A stretch of DNA of 64,000 bases. It comes from Owenia fusiformis (taxonomy: Eukaryota). Made by a program: the position numbers and the translations under genes. The notes under the pieces were generated by a model. The model was given only the letters and a program-made list of their open reading frames with translations. It was not told the origin of the DNA and did not search any database. Below, one piece after another: positions 27,587 to 44,000 of the stretch. Location of the stretch: NCBI GenBank assembly GCA_903813345.2, contig CAIIXF020000001.1, positions 18,228,001-18,292,000 on the forward strand. Direction: 5' to 3'. How positions within the stretch are numbered: the first letter of the stretch is position 1; every line of letters begins with the position of its first letter.

Positions 27587-29094
27587 GTAGGTCCAGCAAC
27601 ATCCATAACACTTATGCATCTACTAATTTATTGAAGTGTTTCAATTATCTTTTGATGGGCATTATAGGAAGTGGCGTAGGGCATGAAACATTAACAGGCA
27701 CATAAACAACTTCGTTATGTCCATTTAAATACTACATGACCAACAATCATATATCATAAAAATCAATCATTTTACCTGTATATTATATTGTTTTATTGGG
27801 ATTCTATCAACTATAAATATATAATTCAAAGATGATAAATTTGGAGTTATGATTTGTTCAAGGAATCATATACCAGAATACTTAAGTGCATTATCCATGC
27901 ATCTATCAATATAACATATAATGCATCGGGGAGTCATCAATTCTGACTGTATCTAATATTTTATTTTAACCCATCCATCATGCTTGTTGTTAGGTGCCAT
28001 GGCCCATACACCGCACAAGCCTCCTCTGGTTTAAAACATTCATCATGTAATTTGGGAACACAAAACACAATGCAACAGTAAAATGAGGATATGTCGTGCT
28101 GATCTATTTGATAAAACCCTAAAAGATGTTTATTAGAACTTCGAGCCAAAAACCAATATAAACTTTAATAAGATAGCTGTTGATAACTCTTTGGAATGCA
28201 AACTGTTTTAAATTCTGGGGGTATCTAACTGAGGTTCCTAACTCATCTCAACTTTAATCAATAGAGTGTCTAATTAGAGATGGGCTGTTCCAATTGTCTA
28301 TAATCGGCTAGGGGACTTGGCAATACACTCTTTATTATCACATATCTGTTTTGTATCAAACCGAGTGTCCCATGAGAGAGAAAGGTTGAACCGCAGTTCA
28401 TTATAACAATATGAAATAGTATCATCCCTCATGTCATGCGGTCAGTCGGTTCACGCCCATACATACCATATTCGACTCATTTTATTTTTGTAATCCCCAA
28501 ATTGTCACTTGCTGGGTGGGTTGGTATTGTGTAACAATCCAGTGAAGGAGATAGGAGATGAATGACAAGGGCCGGTGTCTATGAAGTCTGGAGTGTATTA
28601 ACACCCACTCCTATGATTAACTGCTCGGTTGCATGATGCTACTAGTTTTTGTTGTTGACCACTTAGATAGATATTTCAATGGTATGCCTTGATGAAAAGT
28701 TATCAAATAGTCACTGACTTAGAATAATGGAAAAGAAAATCCCATTGAAGTTTCATTCAATAATTCACTAAGTTAGATTTTTCAGTTATCACGAAATTCA
28801 TTTAGTGCTCGTGAAAGTGCTCTTACTAGTACTTCAAAAGAAACTTTCTAAATTGAAACAAAGGAACTTGTATTTGCAATTGACTATAGAGGAAATGGGA
28901 TAGGGCTAAATGCAAGTAACATAACGTTTTGATGTATGGAGTGCTGCAATTGACTTTTTGTTGAAATTTGAGAAATTTAAAAGTATTTGAAATAAGAGTA
29001 AAAACATTAGAAATGGATAACAGCATATTACGCAGCTAATGGAATTACATTTTATATCATTTTACTATTCGAACCTTGTTTAGTTTTTTGTTGA

Positions 29095-29418
<324 letters not shown>

Positions 29419-32400
29419 ATCTATGTATTAACTTATCAGCACAGAGTGTACTCCTTTTGACAGATCACTGAGAAAGATACAAGCCCTTGTCTACAACTGT
29501 CTGGTCAGTTATTTGACTTACTACAGCAGTGTTGTGTTATTATATGGAGATAGAAGGGAAACTCGTCCAGGTCTGAGACATAACTTCTATCTTTTGGATG
29601 TTAACGCTCATGTTGACGGTGTAAAAATGTTTTTCACGTGATTGTTATCTCCTTCTTATAAAATGGTATTTGTATATTTATAACTTAAAGTGTGATTCTG
29701 CGAATCATAGAACACCAAAGATGGTCCAAACGTTTATTATCACGGGTGTTTGAGGAGAAAATGATAAATGGAGAATAAAAGTTGTTCTCATATATCATAT
29801 CGACAAAGCACCATAGGCAAATTTATTTTAAAGCAAACAAAACAACAACTTTGTATGGATCATAAATGTATATACGCCAATCTTAATAATGTGATAAGTA
29901 ATTCTCTTTTTGCATTAGGAACCGTTTTGTATGATATAGATGTGATTCTATAAGCTTTACATACGTTTACATTTTTCAAGTACGTTAAGCTTGGGTACAA
30001 TTGAGGAGAATTCTTGAATATATTTGTACATTTGCCCGATTCTTCGGAAAATATAGGTGTAAGTAACTTTAATTATTAGAAGCTATGCAAATGATTTAAA
30101 TTGAAAACTGGACCAAAAATGACACGTTTAATATTATTGTTATCATACAACATTTAACACATAACTTAAGTGTGTCATTTTACTATACATAGAAAACTGT
30201 ACATTTGTAAATACTATGACTTTAACTTATTTTATGAAAAACAACTAACAAGAAATATATATGTATATGGATACTTCATACAAACTTTATTTTGTGCATC
30301 ATATGTTGATATGTATATTTCTGCAGGATTGATTTTGTTTTCCATTACTTCATTCATGCACTTGTGAAACACATCATTAACACACACATGTTCTTTTGTT
30401 ATGTATAGCTACCATTGTTTGAACCAGAACTTTACATTTTACATCTTTCGAGAATTCAATCGTAATTAGCTGTATATCATTTATTTGACGTGTAACAAAT
30501 GTTTAGACAATGGTTTAAATTACCATAATCTTGAATTGGTTAAACTGCATCATTTTCAGGGAAGAAAAGTAGGTGTAACGGTTTAAATTGATTTTAATTT
30601 TTTCCAATTGTCACTTCAATTCAGATTACAATGCCAGAAGACAATACAAATACAAATTGTTAAGTAAATATATTCTGGGCAGCATATACTTTTGGCTAAT
30701 CAATTTTAAGGTAGATTCGTATTTGATAAAACAAAATGCACAAAAGGCGATTTCAAAAAATCACAAAAACACCAACTTATTATACAGGGTGATCTCATGT
30801 ATCTTGACGTCGTGTGTACGATTTGTTTTAATGTTCTCACTCATGGATTCATAAGTGTTCAGGCCACGCTAAAGAAATTTACTTATTCACATGATAGCAT
30901 ATATAAAACTTCATTGACATCCTATAAATTAACGTCATCGTTTTTGTATAAGAAAAATGGTAGAATAGTTGCGATTTTAGTTCTGAATTGATTAATAAAT
31001 ACACAGATCTCTTCATAAGATAAAGAAATTACATTGTGTTGAATTAGAATACCAAGTTGTACCCTGCGCGCAGAGTCTAGTTATAAACTACAGGCGAAGC
31101 TCTCTTTTAAGAAGTGAAGTCGAATGAATGCAAAGGGTTGTGTTTCTCGCAATAACATTGCATTTAAATTTAGGATGTATAATATGTACATAACTTGTTT
31201 CCCATAAATTAAAATACAGAACAAAAAATACCGAATTGTCTTCTCTGTTTAGTCAAAATAGTAATACAGTCTAATAAATAAGCTCAAGTCTGAGTACTTT
31301 TCAGGTTTGTAGGCAGGCATATGTTAACATATAGAAAATTCCATAAAGATGGCACTCGCGTAGAATACCAATTCATACACTCTTATACATAAATATGGAA
31401 ATTATGAAGCACTTTTAAAAGACTTGTTTTTGTCATTCTATTGTTAAATTTTCATTCTACGATGCTGTCATAAACTAGAAATATTTATTTGATTTGCTTC
31501 ACTTTCGGAAGTTATTACACAAAATAAGCAAAAATAAGTGCGGAAATGAACTTTGCCTAGTGTAGAAGCGATTTCACATAAGTTATTCCTTTAATTAAGA
31601 TAGAATTTGCCAAGTAGTGCTTTGGTGATAATATGATATCTGTTGATCTAACGCTATTCGTTAGGTCCAAAGAAAAGTGATCTGGGTTTCCAACCTTATG
31701 AAAGGGGTGTATATATACGTATAACACAGGAAAACAATTTACCAGTAAGATGTATTTTTTATAGTTTACTTTATTTGCATTATCAATAAACAACGGAACA
31801 AACACATAACGGAAATACTATTGACAAACGTCCAATACATGAACACACATGTAACAGTGCTTTCTCGTTTTGTTTTCAAATGTTACTCGATGTGATTTCG
31901 CTGAAGACTGTCACAACAATTCACAATTATTCAAATATAATCGAGAAAAGATATAATAATGAAATGCAATAAAAAGATGATCTCATAAAAGGACTTCAAT
32001 GATCTTTAACGGTTGAATGATAATACCTATTATGAGATCATGATGACCTACATGTCAACTCAGTGGACAAAAACGTAAACAATGTCAACAAAATTTATTG
32101 AATTTTTTAATGATTTTCCACTCTCTGATTTAGACATTGCTGACAGCGATAATCTGTTTAAAGCAGTCTGTAATTCTACATTGATTGAATAGAATGTGTT
32201 TACTCAAATCGTCTCAGAAATTGCATAATAATTCATCTTAGACATGAGAAGAATAGTTGCTCATAGTTGGTCATTAAGATAACTTGAGAGATAAACATGT
32301 ACAAGTTAAACATGCACGCAATTCAATATTTTTCTTCTAAGCTTTTATTTATTTTAATGGGAATTTTGATTTTTTTTTTTAATGAGTCATAACAATGCTA

Positions 32401-35400
32401 TACAGGTATATAATCTTACACCGGAAATGCATTATCATTAATCAAGAAAACAGTCATTAGTAGATAAATCCATTTGCTCCAACATATTCCCATTAAAAAA
32501 ACTCTTCTCATTTAAAATGATATCGTATCAGTAATTTGATAATATATTCCATAGGATATATGCAATATACTAGCGTATATTCCCTCTACAATCCCTCTAC
32601 AGAAGTGATTTTAATTTAGTCATTGCTTCACAAGCCATCCAGGTGATGCTATCAAGGGAACACTGTTTTACAATGTCATATTAGAAAGAACAAAATGGTA
32701 TGTATATTTATTTTATTTGCATTTGATAAGTTATAAAGGTTATATTTTATTGTAATACACGAAAGCATAATCATTCATCGTTGTATAATTGTTAATTATA
32801 GTTATTGTGATTTACTTGGTTTGTGACAACAGTCTGGTGATATTATGTAAACTTTGATTTACAAATGACGATGACGTCGAGTCTCCAAAATACATGTAAA
32901 CGTGGATCACGTAAGAAAACGGTCCAGTCTATTGCACATGATCAAGAAAACAACAAATTAAGAAATTAACCATGTAAATCATCTCATTAGACTAATGAGT
33001 CATGTTTTGATATTATTGTCAATAACAGAAATATATATACATCGCTTATATTCAGATTAAAGGCGCGTTTTCACACAGTGCCAACTGAGGTGTTGTCTCA
33101 GTGTTTAACTTCCTCAACAGTGGTTAGACAGGCAGTACTTTTCTTCACCGTACTATAGTTAAATTCACCAGGGTCACATTGATCCATTGAGGAGGGGGAC
33201 GGTTATGACTGGTCTCAATTCAAACTGTATTAGCGTGTCGTGTATCATCAAACTTGATTTTGCTCTTCCATGTTGGCAATACTTTGTTTTTTATCACTTT
33301 TGAATTCATGACCAAGGTTCTTGTTGTCACCTGTTCCAATGCAATACATCATAACAATGTGCAGGTTTGATGCTGGTATCATCTGAGTGTTCTATACAGT
33401 ATGGGTTGATGGGGAGACCTTATTCCACTGGTATGGGTTGCAAAACTCAGTCGGTTTGGCGCCAGATTGCGAAGCATCTAAGACTATGCGGACGACCTGA
33501 AATGGCATAATAATAATGCATTTGTTATTTATTACGTAATATCATTACATCGTCAAAAATTAGACTTTCCAAGCTGTAATTAAAATATAAATAAGACAAT
33601 AAGACATCTATAGATAACCTCAAGTAATCGTAGAAATTGATCTTGTTTAATCAGTCTTGGGTTAACATGGAAGTAATACCATTAAAGTTCAATAGATTTC
33701 ATTTAGTGATTACCATTCCGTCTTGATTGGGTCTGGGAATAGTTCAAACTGTAATGGATTTTTGTAATAGCATTTAAGAAATCCCATAGAGGCTACACTG
33801 AGCCACCCCTTTCCTTAATGAGAATGACAAATATCGAAATAATGGAGGCGAAAATGAATTATTTTACCGCAGCTAAAATATTGCTAGCATTAAAGCAATA
33901 AATTGTCTAATTGCTAGATATTTTGACAATTTTGCATTTGGCTAGATGAGTTTTTCTGCATGTTAGATTTGTCAACAAATAGAGTTTGTTGGGTAAAAAT
34001 GAAATTGGTTATATCTTCTGGCCCAAGTGACATGTTATTGGACAATAAATCAGCGAGCGTGAATTGAGTTACGAACTCCGCAACATCCATTAAATTTATA
34101 AAACGTCGAGGGGGAAGCTATTTGCAAGGCATTAAAGTTAGGTAGGCGATAATTTGCCCTGTACTTTGCAGGTTTTTCTGTTTTAGTTGATGAACCGCCC
34201 AGAGTTGGCCTATGTTCGTATGTATTTTCCACTTTCGGATCGTGGTGCCACGTAAATCAACCGGGACAGACCTCAGTTCCGTCACACTAGCAATTTTAAT
34301 CCTCGCAAGCTGATTTATTGTCTTATTTGCTTTATATCAGGGTGGAAAGTTTCAGGATTTCATCCAGTTGTACACAGGATCCCGGAAAGATATCTTTGAT
34401 TTACTGCCCATTGATGCATACCGCAGTTTCCATTTCACTAATTGCCTTCAAGCAAAGAATAAGCCTTTCATTGCCTGCTTGTCTTTCAATACAAGCACAC
34501 ACAAATAAAACCTTATCTCATTCATACTTTTAAATCTTTCTTCAGCTTATTTATTCTCATAGCCCTGTTGGTGAAGCTGATCTCTGAGAAACTGCAAATT
34601 CTTGATAAGAAAACATGACGTTTGGTGTATTATTTAAAAAGTAGGTCAAATAACTCTAGAAATAACTATAAACCCCACGTTTTGTTTACATATCAAGCAA
34701 TGTTGTGATGTTAGCGTGACCAATTTACACTCTACTATCATAGTGTACTAACATCAAATGCTCTGAAATATCTTCTTATTTATTAGGCATAAATGTCACT
34801 TTTATTGCTGGTTTAACTACTGATCATATTTATGGGTCAGTCTTGGTGTAAATCTGGCTATACAGATTTGCTGCAACATTGTAGGCTTGACCGTGAAACC
34901 AGGGGACTATAAAATAGCGGCTGGAGTGGATAATTCCTCTTAAAGCACCAGGGGCTGACACAAATGGTGGTTTACGACTTGAGGAGGTGAATGGGGACCT
35001 GGAAACACCTAAAACATTCGACTACTTAAACTGTCAAATAAAAGATCACCATAACCAATTTGCGTTGACCCTGAAAACTACTAGAATCAATTATTACACC
35101 ATAAAACAGATTAAAAGGACACGATCGTTTATAAATAGGTTATAAGTAGAGTAGATTCTAGTGACAGTGCTAGTACCTTCAGTTTGGATATATCAACCTA
35201 CAGATGCTCAGCCTGTGCTTTGTTTTTTTCATAAGGGTTGTTTTGCGTGCCCGTTCTTACATGCCGCCGTGACACTGAGAGTTGGTCATTTGTCATAAGT
35301 CATGTTTTAACCATTTTATAATTATATCGCTCTACCTTATCAATAAAATATATTCTTTAAAGTTGCCGAAAATTGGCTCCGGTTTTTGACTCGAAAACGT

Positions 35401-38400
35401 CTCCATGGAGATACATGCAGTCCCGTGTATTGGATTATATTATTCTTCATAGAAAATACATATTTCATACAACTGAATTCCAATATATAGATATAAATTC
35501 CAAATGGAAAATACATCTGAGGAAATTGTAGACCTTCAAGATGATTAAAACTATAGAATCATCAATCCAAAATGTTCATTTGATCATTATAGGACCCATT
35601 GTGACGATCAGCGTGATATATGGTGGAACATAACCATATATCACATAATTCTCCAAATGAATGCCTTGTTAAGATCTTATATAACATAATAGTCATCAAG
35701 TATTCCCATCGTTTAAATACAACCCCTATCCTTGCTATTTACGAGCAATAAATTACGAAATAGTGGAATTGCTTGGACTGCATTAGGTTCACATACATTA
35801 TATGATTCAGAACCTTGGTGTATTAGTTATTGAGATGTTGACCAAACTCCAAGATGGACTCCTTGCTGGACGTCTTGAAGTTTGGAAGACGTACAAATGT
35901 GGCTAAATGAAATAGTTTTTGTTTATTTAAACAACTAATGTAATTGTTGACGATTTTGAATTTTACCGCGATATTAGAGAACGTCTCCAATTCGTTTTTT
36001 GCTCGAGCCTCATTATAATTCCCTCGTTGTCACGTGATGAAGTTTGTAAAAAAACGCTTGCTACATATATTCGGTAAAAATTAATTCTGTGCTTGTCAGG
36101 CTAATGTGAGAGAATAGAAGGAGGTCACAAACCATTAAAAGGTTATTTCAAGGAGAGCATTTCAAACATTTCACAAAAAGAGCAAGGTAAGCGAGCAAAA
36201 GGATTAGAGCCAAGAGGCTTGTGGTTGGGTGATTTAAGCGCATAGGCCAGAGCTAGAAATGTGATAGCACAAGTGCGGACGCTGTAGCTTTATTATCATT
36301 AGTTTTTCCATAACTACGGTCATTTGCGTTATTTAGGTAAGTGCATTTCAACTTCCTGTATTTTTATACATGTTTTTTAGTCAGATGGGATCCTTGTGGT
36401 GCAGGAATGGGCAAGTAATGTATACATGTACACACTAGCAGCCTTTGACTTTGCTTTATTAAAACTCCATAGATCATTTCATAGTCTGCGGGGTAGAAAC
36501 AATTGCTCACCTCACATACTTTATAATCACAAACTTATTATCGTTCGTCATAGCACATAGCTAAAGGAAACACTGGGGCCAGATGATGTACCAAGAAATT
36601 TATGAAATCATAGAGAGAGGAGAGACGTGATATCGGACCACAAAGAAGATGGATATTTTTCGAAGTACTTCCCGTAATCGTAGAAATTGTGAGATCTGTA
36701 AATAGAAGTAGAGTAAATATACAATTCTGCCTATTCATTTATCTTATTGTTTTAAATAAAATCTAAGGCACAGAATTTGAGGATAATTAGCAGAAGTATT
36801 TGTTTACAGTTGATGTTATAATAAATGCATTTAGAAGACAGTTGGGTTCTCGAAATAAATTAAAATGGACGATAAAATACACTTAGACTGTACATTGGTA
36901 GTATTTCTAAAAGGTAGGTGTTTCTCAAATTTTGTAACATTTTTTGCATGCTCGTCTAAATTCATGATTTATTTTCAATTTGGGAGTATAATTTGAAATT
37001 GATTACATAATTAATGATAATTTGGTATATCCTGATAATGATAAAATAATAAGTTTTCTCAATTAGAAAAATGGTTCAAAAACGGACAATGGTAATATGA
37101 TTTGTTCATTTCACTATTACATGTCGCCATCAGACGGTATAACTAAAACTATAGATTTCTTCTAATAGTTTAACATCAAATTTTATATTCTTGCAATATT
37201 TATGAAAACTGTCGGCCTTTGACAGTTACAAATATAATTCTTAAAGCTGAGTTTATGGTAGAAGTAGAATAATTGAGATCTAACACGGTCCTTCGTAGGC
37301 ACTACGATCTCACTACGGACATGCCTTGAATCCCATTCTTCTGCATAAGGTCAGTACTTTCAATGTATATTTAAATAATTTTCAACTCTATGATTTTATA
37401 TAAGCTCGAAATTTAAAACTAGAAGAAAGTTCGACTCATAGTAAATTGGAAAATGGAAAATATCATCCTCGATATCGGCGAACAAACTGCCGCCATTTTA
37501 ATTTTGACTTCTTCATCAACTAAGTTTCTTCATCGTTTACATACTGGTTAACAAACGATGGTAGTATACATAATCTTGCTCGTAATATTTATTATTGTAT
37601 TTATGATTTATAAAGTATTTGTTTTGATGCAAAAAGACACACATTTCTAATGGTTTCTCAGGAAAATATACGTATTCATTTTGGTTATTATGACATTCAC
37701 CGCGCTACTTGCTGTAAATTAAAAATAACGAGATATTTGCATTCAGATTGCTTTTCAAATGACACATATGTAAAGCAAACATACGACTAATTATGATTAG
37801 ATTTCAACCATTGTTTATATCAAAACCAATTGTAGCTGAAATGAGTTTTAACTGATTTATATTAGAATTCAATTGTATTCGCGAGTGTTCTAGTTTTATT
37901 CACGATCATATGCCACAAAAGTCGTTTTTCTCAGGAATTAATCAAACTGATTTCAAGTTAATTCAAGAATAATTTTCTCCTATTGACTCTGAGAAATATA
38001 ATATGTTGATTTTGCTAAACGAGTGTCAACAATTTTCATACATAGTATCTCATTTGGGAGTAGTCTATAGAAATAGTTGATCAGTGGTCGAACAATTTTG
38101 ATTAATATTGACACTTTACAACATCAAGTTGTCACCCGTTAACAAGCTTTATTCTTGGACTTTCAACAACGTGAAAGGGATTATAATTACCATTTGCCTC
38201 AAAAATCAAAGATGGTTAATGCGTTCATTCTCAAATATTTCATATCTTTGTCTATAATTACCGAAATAACTCATATATTTCTGTACTTATCTCGTAGTAT
38301 TTCTATATGGCAATCATTCAAGCCTCGAGTGCCCTTAAATTTTTGTCTAAATCTCATATTTTTATATCATAAATCTATCAGATGAAACTAAAAAATACAC

Positions 38401-40721
38401 AATTATCTCTGAAATGTTTCACAATTCTGAAAAAGGTTTTGATTTATCTCGATGGTATGTACTAGAATGAGCTTGCAAAATGGCGGATCAATTCATTCTG
38501 ACTCTTCTATTTTAGGGTAGAATATTGCACTAGGTAGATAGGATAGGAGCAAAAAGTCATCTAATAACACACATATTCATGAAGAACATGTCGTAAAGGT
38601 TCCTCCAAAATGTTCATCAATTTATCAGTTTGTTAGTTCAATCTAATGGCCTCAAACATGAATCTCCTCTATCATATCAGTTCAGACGTAAGGCAAGAGA
38701 AATTCAAATTTATTTTCGGAAAAAACAAATGTTTGGCGAACAAGATTGAATTGAATTGTGTTGGAATTATATTTGTATGTTGGTGGTAGTTGTCATAAAC
38801 TAAAAGGAAATCATAAGAGTGGCATTCGGTTAATGAAGGCACATTCCACTCCCATCAGGAAACACACAATCCAACATATGACTCCAAACTCAAATTCCAA
38901 TTTTAACTTTTTCAAAATCTATCCACTCGTGGTCCTCTCCATTTAAAATATATTAAAAAAAATACGTGGACATATATTTTAGAATATCTATTTGACACCA
39001 TTCCTTACAACCAGCATTGTATCAATGAATCATATATTACTGGGCAGTGTTAGTAAAACAAAAACTTCGTGAAAATGTAAGGGTAAAAGCTTTACATTAT
39101 CGTTTATTATTTTGATGACAGAAAATGTATTTTTTCCATTTTCATTATAGTTAACCCTTGAGTCGTGTCTTCTATATTAAACTTAATCTTTTGATGGTGA
39201 GATATATCCTGAAATTAATGAAAACATAGACTTCTTATTTGAAGCAATTCCAAAATGTGGTATCCTCCATATGTCTTGCGAAGAAAGATTCCTCGTATCA
39301 GTCGAAAATGATACCGTTAATCTATCATACATTCATGATTAAAATATATCCCCGTCTTTCGTAATCGCCTTAATGAAATATTACCAGTAATTTATACCAC
39401 AACATTAGATTGATGATGTTTTTTCTGACAACCGTATATAGGAGTTAGGAATTATTGAAAAACGTTTTTGTTAATTAACATTGGGTTTGCAACATGATAA
39501 CTACATGTATACCTAACACATGAATGTAATTTGAAAAAGTATATCTTTGCACATGCCTCGATTATGACAGTTGATTACTTTTAATCTTGTACTTTTATAT
39601 GTAGATTCACGTAGTATATTTTGTGAACGGTATATTTTGTAACGTTATCAGACGCATTTGTTAACTCGACATAAAATATAGTTATATTAATTTTAATTAA
39701 TATCAAATAAAACATGGCATGATATTTATTTATGTTTCACTCCTATTATAGCCTGGATAAAATATATTAGTACCATATGACAAAACAATTTGATAATAAT
39801 CGCTAAATTGAACAAAGGTTTTAGCTTGGTTAACTGGATATTCGTGAAACTAGTATAGTTTTGAGAAAATTCACGTTTTGCCATTGAACAAGAAGCTATA
39901 TTTAAGACGCAGATAATGTACACACATTCCTAAGTGCTAGGTCAGATCGATATATAATCAGGTATTGCTTGCCTTCTTATTGTGTGTGTTTTTGTCTTTA
40001 TTGTTGTGTTGGTTTCGAATTCATTTGTTTACTCCTCTAAGTTAAGGTCATTTACGTGTAGTAAACGTACATTATTATTGATGCTTTATCAACATTACTG
40101 CTTTTGCTTAACTTTAAAATGTAGAATACAAGTGATAGAGGCATACAACATTTGCACATCAAAGACTTCCGAATCCTTTGAAAAGAGACAGTGTTGCATA
40201 GTAATGGTTATCAAGTGGTCTTCACCTGAATCCACTCACATTGGAAACAAAGCTAGAAGATTCCTAATTCCCAGTTAATTTCCCTTTGAAATATTTACAC
40301 GTTTACTTCAGACTAACCAACGATAGGAGCGAACCTATTGGGAAAACCACTAAATAATCGTAGTTATAGAGATAGAAATGGTTTTTCATGTTTGTTAAAC
40401 CATCTTTGTCGAAATATGATCCGAACAGCTTTATGAAGGATGTGCAGCTCACAAATAGAATTGAGATTTAATGAAATATGGAATTATTTCTTCATTTAAC
40501 CGCCAGGGGGCTAATGGATAGCGATATAGTTTTGAAAGTGTTTATTAGAGGGTGCGCTTGTCGTTGCAGCCGTTATCAATTGAAACACGATGTGGGAATA
40601 ATGTTTCTTTATACAGTTGCCATGGTACTTGTATTTGTATTTATGCATGTAAAAAGTATCTGTATGTGTCACTTTCACATCAATAAACAGTATTGTTAGT
40701 ACCTTAGTGTAAATACTCGCA

Positions 40722-41036
40722 TCTGATTGGTCAATTAGCGGTCAACATTTTTGCCTGTACCTCACTTGTGCATCCATGGGATATCATATTATTGACCGCG
40801 TATGTTACTGTACTACACTTGTGAATTATGGGAAATATGAGTATTATTAGTTTCTTCTGACTAACAAAACAATTGTAGACCTCTCCATTCGGTCAACTGT
40901 CAAATTCATATACCTCGACTGTAAACCTTGAAACTACTGTTGACCTCGACCTTCGGTCTCTGTCAACAGTAGTTTCTCGGTTTACAGTCTCGGTATACAA
41001 TTTTGCCGGTTGACCTCTGGAGAGGTCAACAATTGT
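40722..41036. mobile_element. Second fold-back (hairpin) non-autonomous element
   Basis: TCTGATTGGTCA at 40722 and a short inverted repeat GCGGTCAA/TTGACCGC. A hairpin with ~75 bp arms spans 40869-41036 around a CTCGACCTTCGGTCTC loop. The architecture is the same as at 8696-8974. Confidence 0.7.
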
Positions 41037-44000
41037 ATACTGTGTTTTGTTTGGGGTACACATTCAAAACATATTATTTTGGTTCTGATTTGTTGTAGTG
41101 ACGATATACTGTACAGTGAGTGCAATTACGTAAAACATAACCAATTCAAAAACATTTCCATTAAATCATTAAATACTTTAATTAATTAAATTAAGATATA
41201 CTCTAAATAGTTTATATTGTTCGAGTGGTGTTTCAAATTTCGTTGTTACCAATTGTAATAGAACCACCGTACGTCATGACATGGATGGGGAAAATACACT
41301 TGCTAGTTTGAATAACAAGAATATTTCAAGTGTCAAAAGTATTTTAGATTTACAAATAAAGATCACACATCACCTCCGAAACCAATACGACATATGGCAC
41401 AACCAAAACAGCACAATCGGATAACAGCACAAGCACATATCAAAAACATAATCCAATGTGAACAGTCAAAGACAATCAAATAGAACTCGGAATAGAACTG
41501 CCCTTCCAACAAACTCAAATCTACGTCACCTGTAGACAGTTCCAACATTATCAAACAAACCCATCTGTAGGAAGACTTCTATCGCGTATTTACTAATATG
41601 GCCAGAAAATCACAATTCACAATAGGGCTTAACTGACACTTTGGACTAAAATATCTGTATATAGTATCCATCTAATATTGCAGAAAAGATTCATATCAAT
41701 AAAATGGTGGAAAAGCAGCACAACTTTTCATAAAGCAATAATAGTTTTCAAATGCAGACAGAGTATTGAATTAGAAAAAATGCACGTCAATAGGTAGACA
41801 GATGTGGACAACGGTAATCACATTTACGGATCAGATAAGTGTATACTTCTTTGATATCGAGATTTCAATAGAATTTTTTCTTTAAAAATGATCTGTCTGC
41901 TTTATGGGAGGTTTGTGGGCTTTTTAAATAAAGGTTTTTATGACCTTTGTTATGAATGGGTCTGGCTTTGAATGTTATTCATAAAGCCCATTGTTTTAGT
42001 GAGTTTGTCTGTGTTCTTCAGTTCATTCCCTTGGTACTTTCTGATTTAAATCAACCATTCGTTGTGTGAATCATTGATATAACCCCTTGCATGCCCCTCG
42101 TAAAGTATTACCTGATTCTAAGTTCATTATTTGCGTAATATATACATCAAATCTAAAAAGCGTATCATCCGGAATCTATGAACTTGAATATCCAACTTCA
42201 TGATCAGATAGTAGATAGTAATTGATTACTAAAATTCATCATTCACCGATGTGTCTCCTGTAACGGGAACAATCTAATATGAAGAATGGGATATGTGCAT
42301 TTACGGAAATAACGAATGAACGTATACCTTTCACATTATGTAGTTATTAACATCCTAGCTGGGATCACAACACAGTCGTAAAAACATATCTTCTCATTTT
42401 AAGCAAAACAGTCCACCTGAAAATACAGATTATCAAGAGATAAATACACTGTCAACAATAACTTTGGAAACAACAACCGAATAAAATTTTGAGTAATGTA
42501 CACTGTAGGCAATGTTGTATCCTCTCAAATGTTGAATACACTTGTTAAACTTGCACAGGCGTTCATATTAGAAATGAATCGGCTACTCGAATTTTTCGCT
42601 TATGTGTGTTTTTTACAACTCTAACATGGTGTTTTGTGATGCAAATTTATAATCAGCATTACTACATGTAAATCAGGTTTTAAGGGACACACAACTATGC
42701 GTTAGTACATCTACAGTCAACCTGAATCAACACCTCGAATAATGTGGAAGGTACGTCAATGAGTGATGGTGTGTTCGGAATACGTCAATGTATTTTTTAG
42801 TCTTGAGTATGTGCATGTCAATTTGAAACGTGCCGTTGATGTCATCCTTTTTGTGACATGATGCAGGCTTCATTAAAGTATGCATATAAATATGTGAATG
42901 AACCCTTATGTATACATGTCCCTGTGTTAAACATTGACCTTAATTTAATTAAACTTTTTCCGGGACAACTTTGTCATTTAACATTCACCATATTTTAGTA
43001 TTTAACCTTACATTTGGTTAATCCTAAAAATCATTGTTTATATTGGAATCGTTGATTTTTCTCATGGTAATATTTTACAGATTAAATCTCTAAAACGATT
43101 GAGACCTTATTAAAATGTACATGTACTAATATTGAAATTTAAATGAAATTATAACGAACTTTTTGAACTTGTTTTTCACAGACTTGACCGAATCAATTAC
43201 CTCAACATTTTTCCAATGTATATACAACAAACTATATTTCATTTCTCATATTAAGCTGTCGAAATCATATGGTGTTTTCTGAAATTTCTGGTAAAATAAC
43301 AATCAATAATATCCCTTTTTAAAAGATGTAAACTTCAGTGGAATTTCATTTTTCGAAAAATTAGTGAGGTTATTTTTGCATCATGCGTGACAAATTAATT
43401 TTTTGGTTGTATTAAGCATGAAAGAGGCTTTATAATTTTGTCGTGTAATATCCATCCATACATTTGAGCAAAAGTGTATCGGAAAAAAGCTTAGAAATAT
43501 GAATTATATCCCTAAAACCTGGAAAATACAAAAATGTATTTACTTTACCCATGTTTAAACTATGGCTTATTCTAGAAATGAAGACTTCATCCAAGGGCTT
43601 GTTTATATGAATTCTGGTATTTTGTTGAAAATAATTCATGGATTGATTAAAACCAATACTTCTATGTAGAAACGAGAGTCAGATGCACGCAGCGAAACTA
43701 TTTAGAAACATCATATTCCTTTTAATACATGTACATTTCCATGACTATATCTTATATCTCATCATTATGAATATAGAATTACAAGTTCACACCTGTCTAT
43801 GAAGTGTACATTTTCATTATCGTTTAATCAAAACAATAGTATTTAATATATTCATAAAATCAATGCGAGAGTGGCTCTTGGCAAACACCATTAAACAATA
43901 CCAAAAATACAGTTATGTTTGCTTTTGTGTTTCCTTATGGTACCGCCTGTGAAACATCATAACTGGATGTTAGTATTATTAATGGTGTAAAAGTTTAAAA

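Noticed and set aside
27587-27705. 3' extension of the 197 aa ORF (and likewise 54558-54607 for the 215 aa ORF)
   Set aside because: This is read-through into the intron past consensus donor sites. Composition turns AT-rich immediately.
30784-30790. ACAGGGT miR-10 seed match downstream of Lox5
   Set aside because: It is a single site 1.4 kb after the stop, beyond an AATAAA at ~29774, and resembles a TA-CAGGGTG transposon end. It cannot be placed in the UTR.
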